The notes below the pieces were generated by a model that saw nothing but the letters and a program-made list of their open reading frames with translations, was not told the origin of the DNA and ran no database searches. Position numbers and translations under genes: made by a program. Positions 54,663-64,000 of a stretch of DNA of 64,000 nucleotides are shown piece by piece; position 1 is the first letter of the stretch, and each line of letters starts with the position of its first letter. Source of the stretch: an uncultured delta proteobacterium (GTDB lineage: Bacteria > Myxococcota > B64-G9); the NCBI GenBank assembly GCA_963754925.1, contig CAVWHX010000004.1:576001-640000 (forward strand). Direction: 5' to 3'.

Positions 54663-55358
54663 CTAAAGCATTTTCAAGAGATCGGTCAATTTCATTATAA
54701 AATACGAAAGCAATCCCGATGCCACGAGAACGAGTATCCAGCGCGTGGCTTTGGCGCGGCTGTTCGGCCTGTTTTGGCTGACACTCAGATCGGCATGAAC
54801 GCCGAGCCGCGCTTGGCCCACGTGATACAAGTGGGCGAGCATTTTCTCGGCCTTTTCCCGCACCGCTTGATTGCGCGTCATGAGGCGATACTGGCGGGCG
54901 CCAAAGTCCAGACGGTCGGCCGCCAAGCAGGCCTGCAGGAATGACTCGTGCGCGTCATCAGAGAGCGGGTTTTGTTGTACCTCCGCCCAGGCCGCAACCA
55001 CGGCTGCTGGATCGGGCGGCAGCGCACGGGGATCATATTTGGCAAACGTAAGGCCGCATCGGTGGCACGCAACCGGATCGCTTTGGCTGTGGCCACACTT
55101 GGGACAGGTTATTTCAGGGGATTTCTTCTCGGCGCCCGGCTGTCCTTTGTCTGAACCAGCAGCGGCGCCTTTGTCGACTGTCCGCTGTTTGGGTGCCGCC
55201 GTTTCCTGCGGCTTGGCAACGTCCCGAGGGTTGGATTTTCGTATAAACGATTCCTCTCCACAAAGCCCACAGCGAAAAGAGATGCCAACCTCCGAGGTGG
55301 AGAAGTCTACCAGCTCAAAAAGCTCATGGCACGCCGGGCATTGTACTTTCAGGCTCAT
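54663..55358 (-). CDS. Zinc-ribbon membrane-anchored hypothetical protein
   Basis: CPAC/CGLC and CPKC/CHRC pairs; C-terminal TM; ATGA overlap with the upstream gene. Confidence 0.75.
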   Translation of the reverse strand: MSLKVQCPACHELFELVDFSTSEVGISFRCGLCGEESFIRKSNPRDVAKPQETAAPKQRTVDKGAAAGSDKGQPGAEKKSPEITCPKCGHSQSDPVACHRCGLTFAKYDPRALPPDPAAVVAAWAEVQQNPLSDDAHESFLQACLAADRLDFGARQYRLMTRNQAVREKAEKMLAHLYHVGQARLGVHADLSVSQNRPNSRAKATRWILVLVASGLLSYFIMKLTDLLKML

Positions 55359-56320
55359 GACGGTAACGGGCTCAAAACAACCGGGGTGAATGTGAGAATC
55401 AATACTGCTATCGCAATCCATCCGAGAGCGCGCCTGGTCGGAGACAAGGGGCGCTCTCCCACAACCACCGGGGGGTGCTTACCGCCGACAACCTTGAGCA
55501 CTATGGCCCATACGAGCCACACGAGCAATCCGCTGCCGCGGGTTATCCAGGCGAGCCACCCGGCCGCGCGCAATGCATCCACCGCCACATCAGACAACAG
55601 GGTTAGATTGCAGAGTAAACCGATCAATCCGAGGAATAAAATCGCCCGGTGGACCACGCGCGCGACCAACCGGTGTCGGCGTTCTCCGAACAACGCAAAT
55701 ATAACATGACCGCCATCGAGCTGACCAACCGGTAAGAGATTAAGGCTCGTCACGAAAAGCCCCAACCATCCCGCCCATGCAACCGGGTGAAGCAGAATAT
55801 CGTCAGCGGAGGAAGCCTCGGGATGAGCCAGCTTCTTGAGCAGCATATACAGCAGCGAGTTGCCCTCAATCATTTCACCCGGTTCAAGCGATGCAAGCGG
55901 CCTCACCTCAGACCAACACAGGCCGACAAAGCAAACCAGCAACGCAATACACAAGCCTGCCAGCGGCCCACTGACCCCGATGTCCAACAACGCCTCTCGA
56001 CTTTCGGGCGGTTTCCGCATCAAGATGACCGCCCCGAACGTGCCGACGGGCGGCACGGGCATCGGTATAAAATATGGCAACGAGGACGGTACGCCGTGGC
56101 GCCGGGCGGTCAGGTAGTGTCCCATTTCGTGTATCAACAAAATCCCCATGATGGCTGAGGCGTACAGCAACCCCGCTTTCCAGGAGAACTCGCCTTGCAG
56201 ATCTCCGCCAACAAAAAAAGTGCTGAAACACGTCGCGACAAACAAAACTCCCGGCACGAAGGCCCCGCGGCGCTTCGGCACGGTGCCCGGGGGCGCCAAT
56301 ACTTCAGCTTTTGGGGCCAT
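55355..56320 (-). CDS. Site-2 protease (M50)
   Basis: HEMGH, GTFGAVI, NLLPVGQLDGGH. Confidence 0.93.
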   Translation of the reverse strand: MAPKAEVLAPPGTVPKRRGAFVPGVLFVATCFSTFFVGGDLQGEFSWKAGLLYASAIMGILLIHEMGHYLTARRHGVPSSLPYFIPMPVPPVGTFGAVILMRKPPESREALLDIGVSGPLAGLCIALLVCFVGLCWSEVRPLASLEPGEMIEGNSLLYMLLKKLAHPEASSADDILLHPVAWAGWLGLFVTSLNLLPVGQLDGGHVIFALFGERRHRLVARVVHRAILFLGLIGLLCNLTLLSDVAVDALRAAGWLAWITRGSGLLVWLVWAIVLKVVGGKHPPVVVGERPLSPTRRALGWIAIAVLILTFTPVVLSPLPS

Positions 56321-58350
56321 GCGCGTTGGTTCCTCGATCGATTTCCTCAATTTCCTCCCCATTAACGGTCAACAAGAACAAATCTTTTTCCACCTCTCGC
56401 TGCGGTGTGAAGCGCAGCAATCCGGTGGCGCCATCGAAACCCTGGATCTTTAGTAGCGCCTCCCTAAACGCCCGCCGATCCGGCGGCTTGGATTGCTCGA
56501 CCACCTTTCGCACAATCCGTGCTGTGTCGTAGGCATGGGCTTCGATCATCCCCGGATCCCGTTCGAAGCTACTCTTGAAGCGTTCGACAAACTGGTGCGC
56601 CGCCGGCCGGCTGGTTTGGGCAAAAAAGCCATCGCAAAAGATTGCTCCCTGAACGTAGCGGCCGGCCCACTCGATTAATTTTGGCGAGTTCCAACCACTG
56701 CCGCCGAGGATATAAATCATGTCGAGCGACGTGCTCTTCATGCTTTTCTTGATCCGTTCGATCTTACGCTGATCGTCGGTCATGAGCACAATATCTTCAA
56801 AAGCCAATGCTGGCGCAATCAGCACCACATTTTCGACATAATCGGGGACAAACAGCGCCTCAAATTCCAGCGGTATCTTTGGAGGCTGGTCCGCTGTTTT
56901 AGACGGTTTCTTTTGTTGGAGCGGACGTCCAAGAAGTTTTCGAATCGGCTCGACAAAATTCTTTATGTCCGGTTCGTAGCGCTCGGTGGCACGGATCTCC
57001 CCATGGTGCTTAACCACCTCATCCCAGAAAGCATTGCTTAAAGTCTACCCCGTATTTGTCGCTCGGGAAGAGGACCGCAAACCGTTTTACCCCAAGCTGG
57101 TCGACAGCATAGGAAACCAATGTTTTGGCTTGGGCTTCGAGAGTCAGGAAGTTGCGAAAAACATAGCTGCCGACGCTGGTGATGTCCGGCCGGCCACTCA
57201 AGGTAATGATCGAAACCTCTAATTCATCAGCTTTAACTGCAGCCGCGTAGGCCTCTTGCGAAAACAGGGGACCGATGACGCAGCTTACGTGCTCGTTGAA
57301 TACGAGATCTTCTAGCTGCGCAACCGCCTGTTCGGGCTTTCCGGCGGTATCCCGAATTATCAGCATCGGGGCGGTCTCTTTGCCTTCAGTCTCAAAGATT
57401 CCTATGCCGAGCTTGATGCCTTCGAGCGCCTGATTGCCGTATTCGCGGTACTCGCCGGTGAGGGGCAGCAACACCCCGATCGCCCGCGGTATGACCAGAT
57501 TGCGATCCTTGATCCGCTTGAGCAACGCGTTTGCCTGCTCGGAAAGCTCGTTCTGCGGAAACATCGCAACGAACGACTCAAAGGTTTCGCGGGAACGATC
57601 ATAATCATGAATGTGGTAAAAAATCTTCGCGAGTTTATACAGCAGCAGATCCAGCGGAAAGCCCCGTACCGATTCGTCCTTGAGTATTTCGACCGCTTCG
57701 CGCACTTGGGTAAACGAGAGGCGCTGATCGATAAGCGCCGCGAGATCCTTGGATATCTCTTCTCGCTTTTGTGGATCGGTGCTTTGCGCGTACAGCGCGG
57801 TGAACCAGCGGACGAGTCGAACCGGAGCATTGGCCTCACCGGCCGCGTGGACCAACGCAGAAACCACCTCGGGCTTTTTAGCCTCGTCGTTAATGGTGCT
57901 ATAAAATTTTTCTAATATCGATAAGGCCTCCTGAGCTCGACCAAGCTTGCTCAAGATTTCTTCGAGTTGGATGGCGCAGGGAACAGAGCGCGAACTGCGA
58001 GGAAATTTTCCCAGGAGCCTCGTAAATTGGACCGCTGCCTCGGATTCGAGCCCCCGTTCATGTTGCATGGTCCCCAGCACAAACAGCGCCTCGGGTAGGT
58101 AGGTATCATCCGAATAATGCGCCACCAAGTCGGTTAACTTGGCCATGGCCTCTTCGTTCTTGCCGGCTTTCAAGGCTACTTGAGCTTCTTCAAAAAGGAG
58201 CCGCGGCGCATCCTGAACCAAAACCACTTTGCCGGAGATGATCACCTGCCGTGGCGCACAACCTGACCAGAGCGCACCGAGCATAACGAGTGCGGAAAAT
58301 AAGAGACCGAATAAGCCCGGGACGCGCGCTGTTGAATGAACGTTCATCAT
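56304..58350 (-). CDS. LppC/LpoA-like TPR plus periplasmic-binding-fold lipoprotein; +1 frameshift near 57039
   Basis: Lipobox WSGC, TPRs, IGVLLPLTG, IGPL, AYD, FDGATG; removing one base restores YGVDFSNAFWDEVVKH. Confidence 0.82.
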
Positions 58351-58361
58351 AGAACCTCCTA

Positions 58362-58402
58362 CAAGAGATTGTACGCCTCGCTCACTCGGCAACAATCTCT
58401 TG
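58362..58402. repeat. TAA-hairpin element abutting the LppC RBS
   Basis: CAA GAGATTG TACGCCTCGCTCACTCGGCAA CAATCTC TTG. Confidence 0.85.
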
Positions 58403-58543
58403 GCGTGGCAGGAGTATAACGACAGCTTTTCTCCAGGGTCAAGGAAGGCGAGACTTCGGTAGTGTCTCAGTTTATTTTAGCTTTGCGTTTCCGATGGCAG
58501 ATGAGTACAGTGCCCCCGTTGTAGCCGAACGGGAGCGATTTTC

Positions 58544-58897
58544 GTGCACGAAACAGCAATCGCAACTGAGTTACTGAACGTGCTACTATCCGAAGCCAGC
58601 AGAAATAACCTGCGGCGCATTACCGGGATGCGCCTGCGGGTTGGCGCTTTCCGCATGGTGGTCCCCGAGCTGCTCCAGGGCGCGTTCGAGGTGGTAAGCC
58701 AAGGAACGCTGGCCCAGGGAGCCACCCTTGAGATCGAAAGCGTGCCGCTTAGGGCGCGCTGCGGTAACTGCCAAAAGGAAGCGCAGCTTGAGGATTATAT
58801 TTTTTATTGTCCGGCTTGCGGCGCCATATTGACTGAAATACTATCGGGAAAAGAATTAGATCTTTTTCAAATTAGCGGAGAGAGCGAGGAAACATGA
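58544..58897 (+). CDS. hypA: Hydrogenase nickel metallochaperone HypA
   Basis: MHE, CGNC, CPACG, GKEL. Confidence 0.96.
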   Translation: MHETAIATELLNVLLSEASRNNLRRITGMRLRVGAFRMVVPELLQGAFEVVSQGTLAQGATLEIESVPLRARCGNCQKEAQLEDYIFYCPACGAILTEILSGKELDLFQISGESEET

Positions 58898-59565
58898 AAG
58901 TTACGGTGGTAAAGGACATCCTTGATGCGAATAAACGCGTTGCCCTCAAGAACAAAGAACTGTTCGATCGCCACAACATGCTGGTTATCAATCTCATGAG
59001 TTCACCGGGCTCTGGCAAAACCAGTCTCCTGGAGCGCACCATCCGCGATCTCAACGGCGAGCTGCGGATAGGCGTGATCGAGGGTGATATTCAGACGACC
59101 CTCGACGCCGAGCGCATCGAACGCGCCGGTGCGGCATTTACCCATCAAATTAATACCGCCGGCGCCTGTCACCTTGACGGCAACATGATAGCCCCGATTG
59201 TGGAGGGCTTGGATTTTTCCGCATTGGACCTGTTGGTGATAGAGAATGTCGGCAACCTCGTCTGTCCTGCCGAATTCGAAGTCGGCGAGGATCACAAGAT
59301 AATGCTGCTCTCGGTCACCGAAGGCGAAGACAAACCAAAGAAGTACCCGCTGATGTTCCACGAGTCGACGGTTCTCCTTATCAACAAGATCGATCTCCTT
59401 CCTCATTTGGATATTCGTCTGGCTGATATTCACAAGAATGCGCGCGAGGTCCATCCACAGCTTGAAATCATGGATGTCTCCTGCAAAACCGGCGAGGGTC
59501 TGCCGCGCTTCTACTCCTGGCTCAAGCAGAAAATCGCCGACAAGAAGGCGGCAAAAAAAACCTAA
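58894..59565 (+). CDS. hypB: Hydrogenase maturation GTPase HypB
   Basis: SSPGSGKT, CHLD, ENVGNLVCPA, NKID. Confidence 0.98.
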   Translation: MKVTVVKDILDANKRVALKNKELFDRHNMLVINLMSSPGSGKTSLLERTIRDLNGELRIGVIEGDIQTTLDAERIERAGAAFTHQINTAGACHLDGNMIAPIVEGLDFSALDLLVIENVGNLVCPAEFEVGEDHKIMLLSVTEGEDKPKKYPLMFHESTVLLINKIDLLPHLDIRLADIHKNAREVHPQLEIMDVSCKTGEGLPRFYSWLKQKIADKKAAKKT

Positions 59566-59666
59566 GAGCTATGAGGACTGTTCTACCGGAGCACACGCCG
59601 GGTGACGCCGAGCAGGGGGCCCCCCGCCGGCGCGGAGCGAAAGCGAGCACCGCCGGGCCCATGGGA

Positions 59667-59708
59667 TAAGAGATTGTAAGCCTCGCTTCGCTCGGCAACA
59701 ATCTCTAA
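59667..59708. repeat. TAA-hairpin element between hypB and hypF
   Basis: TAA GAGATTG TAAGCCTCGCTTCGCTCGGCAA CAATCTC TAA. Confidence 0.88.
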
Positions 59709-59757
59709 GGATGTGAGGCGGCAGGACCCGGCGCGCATCGTTGATTGAGAGGTAGTA

Positions 59758-62023
59758 TTGGTACGCGCCGTTCGAATTACGGTCACCGGCCGGGTCCAGG
59801 GAGTAGGATTTCGCCCGACCATCTATCGCCTGGCGGTGGCGGCGGGTCTTGCCGGTAGCGTACGAAATACCTCGCGCGGCGTGGTGATTGAGATAGAGGG
59901 GCAATCGACGCTCGTCGACCGTTTTCTACGGGATTGGCAGTCTGGCTTACCAGCGTTAGCCCGCGTCGCCAGCGTGACCACCACCGCGATTATCGCCACG
60001 GACCGAAAAGGGTTCGCCATCCTTCCCTCACAGATCGAGGAGGGATCGGGTGCTCTGATCCCCTACGATGTCGCCACCTGCGATGAGTGCCTCAAAGAGG
60101 TCTGCAATCCCAGCGATCGCCGGCATCGCTACGCTTTTACTAATTGCACCAATTGCGGGCCGCGCTACACCATCATTGAGTCGGTGCCTTATGACCGCCC
60201 TCAAACCTCAATGAAGGTATTTCCGCTGTGTCCGGCCTGCCAAGCTGAGTATGAAGATCCGGCCGACCGGCGCTACCACGCCCAACCTAACGCCTGCTCA
60301 ATCTGCGGACCACAGTTGACGTTAGTCGATCCGCTGGGCGTCACAACGCCCGGCGACCCGATAATGGAAACGCGCCGCTTGTTGGCGGCGGGAAAAATCG
60401 TTGCCATTCGCGGCGTGGGAGGATTTCACCTCGCCGCAAATGCAGACAACACCCAAGCGGTGGAAGAGTTACGCACCCGCAAGCGCCGGGGCGCCAAACC
60501 GTTTGCGGTAATGTCACCCGATATAGCCAATATCTCAACCTATGGCCTGGTATCAGATGTGGAAAAAGCTTTGCTGTCCTCGGAGCGCCGCCCGATTGTC
60601 TTAGTGACCCGGCGCACTGACTCTTCGCTCGCTCCCGGCATCGCACCGGGCCTCAACTGCATTGGCGCCATGCTTCCCTACTCACCGTTACACTACCTGC
60701 TGCTTGAGGGTTTTCGGGCTTTGGTGTTCACCAGCGGCAACCTGTCCGAGGAGCCGATTGTCAAAGACAACGCCGAAGCCCTCTCCCGCTTGCACGGAAT
60801 AGCAGACGCCTTTTTGCTTCACAACCGTGAGATTTTGATGTCCTGCGATGATTCGGTCGTTTATCAACGCGAGTCGGAAGCCGCTCTCGTGCGTCGCTCG
60901 CGCGGCTTTGCGCCTGATCCGATCGCTTTTCCGCAAAGCTCGGACTGCATCCTGGCGGTGGGTGGTCAGATGAAAAACACCTTTTGTTTAACCCGCGGCG
61001 ATGAAGCCTTTCTCAGCCAACATATCGGCGATCTGGATAATTACGAGACCCAGCAGCATTTTAAACGCTGCTTGAAGCACCTCACTACGTTGCTCGGGAT
61101 TGCCCCGGCAATCGTAGCCTGCGATTTGCACCCCGATTATCTTTCAACTCGATACGCACTTTCCATGCCAGAGGTACGGGTGGTGCAGGTCCAGCACCAT
61201 CATGCCCACCTGGCCGCCGCCATGGCCGACCGTGGGCTCTCAGGCCAGGCGATTGGTCTCTGTTTAGACGGAACCGGTTTCGGACCGGATGGAACAATGT
61301 GGGGGGGTGAAGTGTTGCTGGGCGGTTTTAAAGAGTATCGGCGCTTCGCCCGCTTGAATCCGTTTCGATTACCGGGAGGTGAGGCCGCGGTTCGCGAGCC
61401 TTGGCGAAGCGCCGTAGGCCTGCTTACGGCTTGTTGTGGTGTTGACCAAACCCGCCGTCATCTGTCCCTGTTTCCCGGGGATCGAGCGGCCGCGTCTTGA
61501 GGCCGCGCTGCAGCTTGCGACGCGGGGTGTCAACGCTCCGTGGACCTCAAGCCTGGGACGCTTGTTCGACGCCGTCGCGGCTTTGCTTTCCGTTCGCCTC
61601 CAGGTGGATTATGATGGCCAAGCGGCTGCCGAGCTCGAAGTAGCCGCAACGGTCGAGGCCGAAGGTTTTGCCATGCCGATGATCATCAATCAAGGCCTGT
61701 TTGAACTCGATTTGGCCCCCTTGGTGCAAGGCTTACTTGCGGGCATTGCTGGCGGTCGCTCCAGTGCAGAGCTGGCGGCGGCTTTTCACCAGACGGTAGC
61801 AGATGGTTTGGCGGCAGCCGTCCAGGCGGCGCACGCAAGCAGCGGTTTAACTCGCGTGGTTTTATCGGGCGGTTGTATGATGAATCGACGCTTGGACCGG
61901 CTGCTCGAGCAGGCGCTTACCCGGCGGGGCCTCGAGGTCTTTGCGCACCAGCAGGTTCCGGCCAACGATGGTGGATTATGTCTGGGCCAGGCCGCCGTGG
62001 CGGCGGCCCGCTGTCGCGCCTAA
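59758..62023 (+). CDS. hypF: Carbamoyltransferase HypF; +1 frameshift in GGGG at 61477-61480
   Basis: GRVQGVGFRP, zinc fingers, QHHHAH, DGTG.G; after the shift TSSLGRLFDA, LSGG, PANDGG...GQ. Confidence 0.94.
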
Positions 62024-62037
62024 GAAGGAGCGTTAGC

Positions 62038-62280
62038 ATGTGTTTAGCAATACCGATGAAAGTGATCGAACGTGAACAGGAGCGCGGCAAGGTCGAGCAA
62101 GGCGGGGTGATCCGCGAAGTCAGCTTCGCGATGCTGCCCGAGGTAGCGTTGGGAGACTATGTGTTAGTCCACGCCGGTTTCGCCATCGAGCGCCTCGACG
62201 AACAAGAGGCCCAAAGCACCCTCGAGTTGTTGCGCGACGTGCTCTCCGTCGAGGAGTCCGGCTCAACGGAGGATCCATGA
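62038..62280 (+). CDS. hypC: Hydrogenase assembly chaperone HypC
   Basis: MCLAIP, GDYVLVHAGFA; AAGGAG RBS. Confidence 0.97.
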   Translation: MCLAIPMKVIEREQERGKVEQGGVIREVSFAMLPEVALGDYVLVHAGFAIERLDEQEAQSTLELLRDVLSVEESGSTEDP

Positions 62281-63386
62281 AGATGTCGCTGCCGCCCGCG
62301 TTACAGGTGGCCTTGCGGGATGCAACCGTGGCCCAGGGGCTCATCCAAGCCATTCACCATGAAGCCGCCGCTTTGGGCGTTGTGCGATTAATGGAAATTT
62401 GCGGAACCCATACGATGGCCATCCGCCGGGCCGGCATCCCCGCCCTGTTGCCAAAAAATATCATCCTGCTGAGCGGGCCGGGATGCCCGGTCTGCGTCAC
62501 CCCCAACAGCATGATCGATCGCGCAGTGGCGCTGGCGCGGCTGCCGGGCGTGATAATCGCGACATTCGGAGACATGCTGCGGGTGCCCGGCTCAAGCACG
62601 TCATTGGCTCGCGAGCGCGGCAAAGGAGCCGATGTGCGAGTGGTCTACTCGCCGCTCGATGCGCTCAGCATCGCAACGAGTGAGCCGACGCGCGAGGTGA
62701 TTTTCCTCGGGGTAGGATTCGAGACGACCGCGCCGACCGTTGCGTCCGCAGCAGACGAGGCCTTGGGAAGGCTTCCCAACTTTTCAATCCTATGCGCCCA
62801 CAAGCTCGTACCTCCGGCGCTCGAGGCTCTGCTTGCGCTTCCGGACGTTACGGTCAACGGCTTTCTCTGCCCGGGTCATGTCAGCGCCATTATTGGTGCT
62901 AACGCGTATGTTCCGATAGCCGCGCGGCACCGAGTCCCCTGCGTCGTGGCCGGGTTTGAGCCCGGTGACATCTTGCTTTCAATCGTGATGCTGTTACGCC
63001 AGATTCGAGAGGGCCGCAACGCCGTTGAGGTTGAGTACAAGGCGGTGGTACGGTCCGAGGGAAACGTGAATGCACAGAAACTGCTCGCGAAGGTCTTTGT
63101 CCCAGCTGCAAGCGCCTGGCGCGGCCTGGGCACGATACCAGACAGTGGATTGGTGTTGAGGCCCGCGTACCGTGCATTGGATGCCGAGGAACGCTTTACC
63201 GTTGCGGTCGAACCGGAGCATGAGCACCCGGGATGTCTCTGCGGCAAGGTCTTGGTGGGGGCGGTGCGTCCGCCCGAGTGCCACCTGTTTGGAAGGGTTT
63301 GCACGCCCGCGAACCCGGTCGGCCCGTGCATGGTGTCCACCGAGGGAACCTGTGCGGCGTACTATCGCTACGAACTGAAAAAATGA
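62277..63386 (+). CDS. hypD: Hydrogenase formation protein HypD
   Basis: MEICGTHT, GPGCPVC, GFETT, PGHVS, GPCMVS.EG.C. Confidence 0.98.
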   Translation: MKMSLPPALQVALRDATVAQGLIQAIHHEAAALGVVRLMEICGTHTMAIRRAGIPALLPKNIILLSGPGCPVCVTPNSMIDRAVALARLPGVIIATFGDMLRVPGSSTSLARERGKGADVRVVYSPLDALSIATSEPTREVIFLGVGFETTAPTVASAADEALGRLPNFSILCAHKLVPPALEALLALPDVTVNGFLCPGHVSAIIGANAYVPIAARHRVPCVVAGFEPGDILLSIVMLLRQIREGRNAVEVEYKAVVRSEGNVNAQKLLAKVFVPAASAWRGLGTIPDSGLVLRPAYRALDAEERFTVAVEPEHEHPGCLCGKVLVGAVRPPECHLFGRVCTPANPVGPCMVSTEGTCAAYYRYELKK

Positions 63387-63445
63387 TACTGGCAGTGGCG
63401 GTGGGTAATCCCTAACGGGGTCTTTCGGGATGAAAGGACGGTGTC

Positions 63446-64000
63446 GTGAGCGTGCCACCCAATCCGATGTCGCCGCTGGATCCGGCCGTCCTCACACGGT
63501 TGGCCGGCCTCAAGATCCAGGTAGAACGCGTTGTGGAAGGCGTTTTGTCCGGCTGGCATCCATCGTCGCGCTTGGGAGTCAGCATCGAATTCGCCGAGCA
63601 CAAGGAATATTCGCCGGGGGATGATCCCCGCCATCTCGATTGGAAGATTGTGGCGCGGCACGATCGGTACACCATCCGCAAATACCAGGATGAGACCGAC
63701 CTGCGTGCGATGCTGGTGGTTGACGCATCAGGTTCGATGGGCTACGCCTCCGGAGCGTTTTCTAAGTTCGATTACGCGAGTATACTGGCCGCTTCGTTAG
63801 CGACGCTGCTGCTGCGCCAGGGTGACGCAGCCGGCCTGATCGTGTCGGGCGGCAACCGACCAATCCACTGTGCTCCGGCGTGCGGACGCGAGCACATAAC
63901 CGAAATCATTGCGGCCTTGGAACAAACCCAGCCATCCGGCCCGACCACGGTACACGAGTCTATAGAATGGTACGCGGCATCCTCTAAACGACGGGGAATG
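63446..64000 (+). CDS. DUF58 (MoxR-associated, vWA-like) protein, truncated by the window end
   Basis: Manual translation: EFAEHKEYSPGDDPRHLDWK, VDASGSM. Confidence 0.9.
   Translation, partial: MSVPPNPMSPLDPAVLTRLAGLKIQVERVVEGVLSGWHPSSRLGVSIEFAEHKEYSPGDDPRHLDWKIVARHDRYTIRKYQDETDLRAMLVVDASGSMGYASGAFSKFDYASILAASLATLLLRQGDAAGLIVSGGNRPIHCAPACGREHITEIIAALEQTQPSGPTTVHESIEWYAASSKRRGM

Noticed and set aside
61477..61500. Selenocysteine or stop read-through at the hypF TGA
   Set aside because: The rest of HypF is in another frame, so this is a frameshift rather than read-through

Overview
64 kb of a Gram-negative bacterial chromosome, probably an anaerobic Myxococcota/deltaproteobacterial lineage. 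That placement is inferred from the MYXO-CTERM-like tail, myxococcal Cys-rich repeats, TIGR02266-type PilZ, Hanks kinase, an F1 operon starting at atpH, and hyp genes. The housekeeping backbone is rmuC, ggt, lpxC, yebC-ruvCAB, mutM, atpHAGDC, glgA, hypABFCD and a DUF58 gene. The strongest candidates for something new are: (1) a membrane Ser/Thr kinase ending in a CXXCH heme-c domain, encoded directly upstream of a DUF3373-like outer-membrane barrel; (2) a four-gene acyl-CoA operon with a Buk-Ptb fusion, a catalytically eroded ACS that keeps its acetylation lysine, an ADP-forming ligase and a CoA-transferase-GNAT fusion; (3) a dispersed family of TAA-delimited hairpin elements with covarying stems that supply stop codons to ruvA, ruvB and mutM and sit in frame inside another gene; (4) a tandem array of Cys-rich lipoproteins in which one copy carries an FGE/CLec domain with a DGR-like variable region; (5) a PgsA-MMPL-PgpA-PimA-like lipid cluster divergent from an Svf1-like gene. 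Three isolated +1 frameshifts (FGE tail, LppC, hypF) may be sequencing errors. No rRNA, tRNA, CRISPR array, transposase or reverse transcriptase was recognised. All family assignments come from motif recognition by eye, not from database searches.
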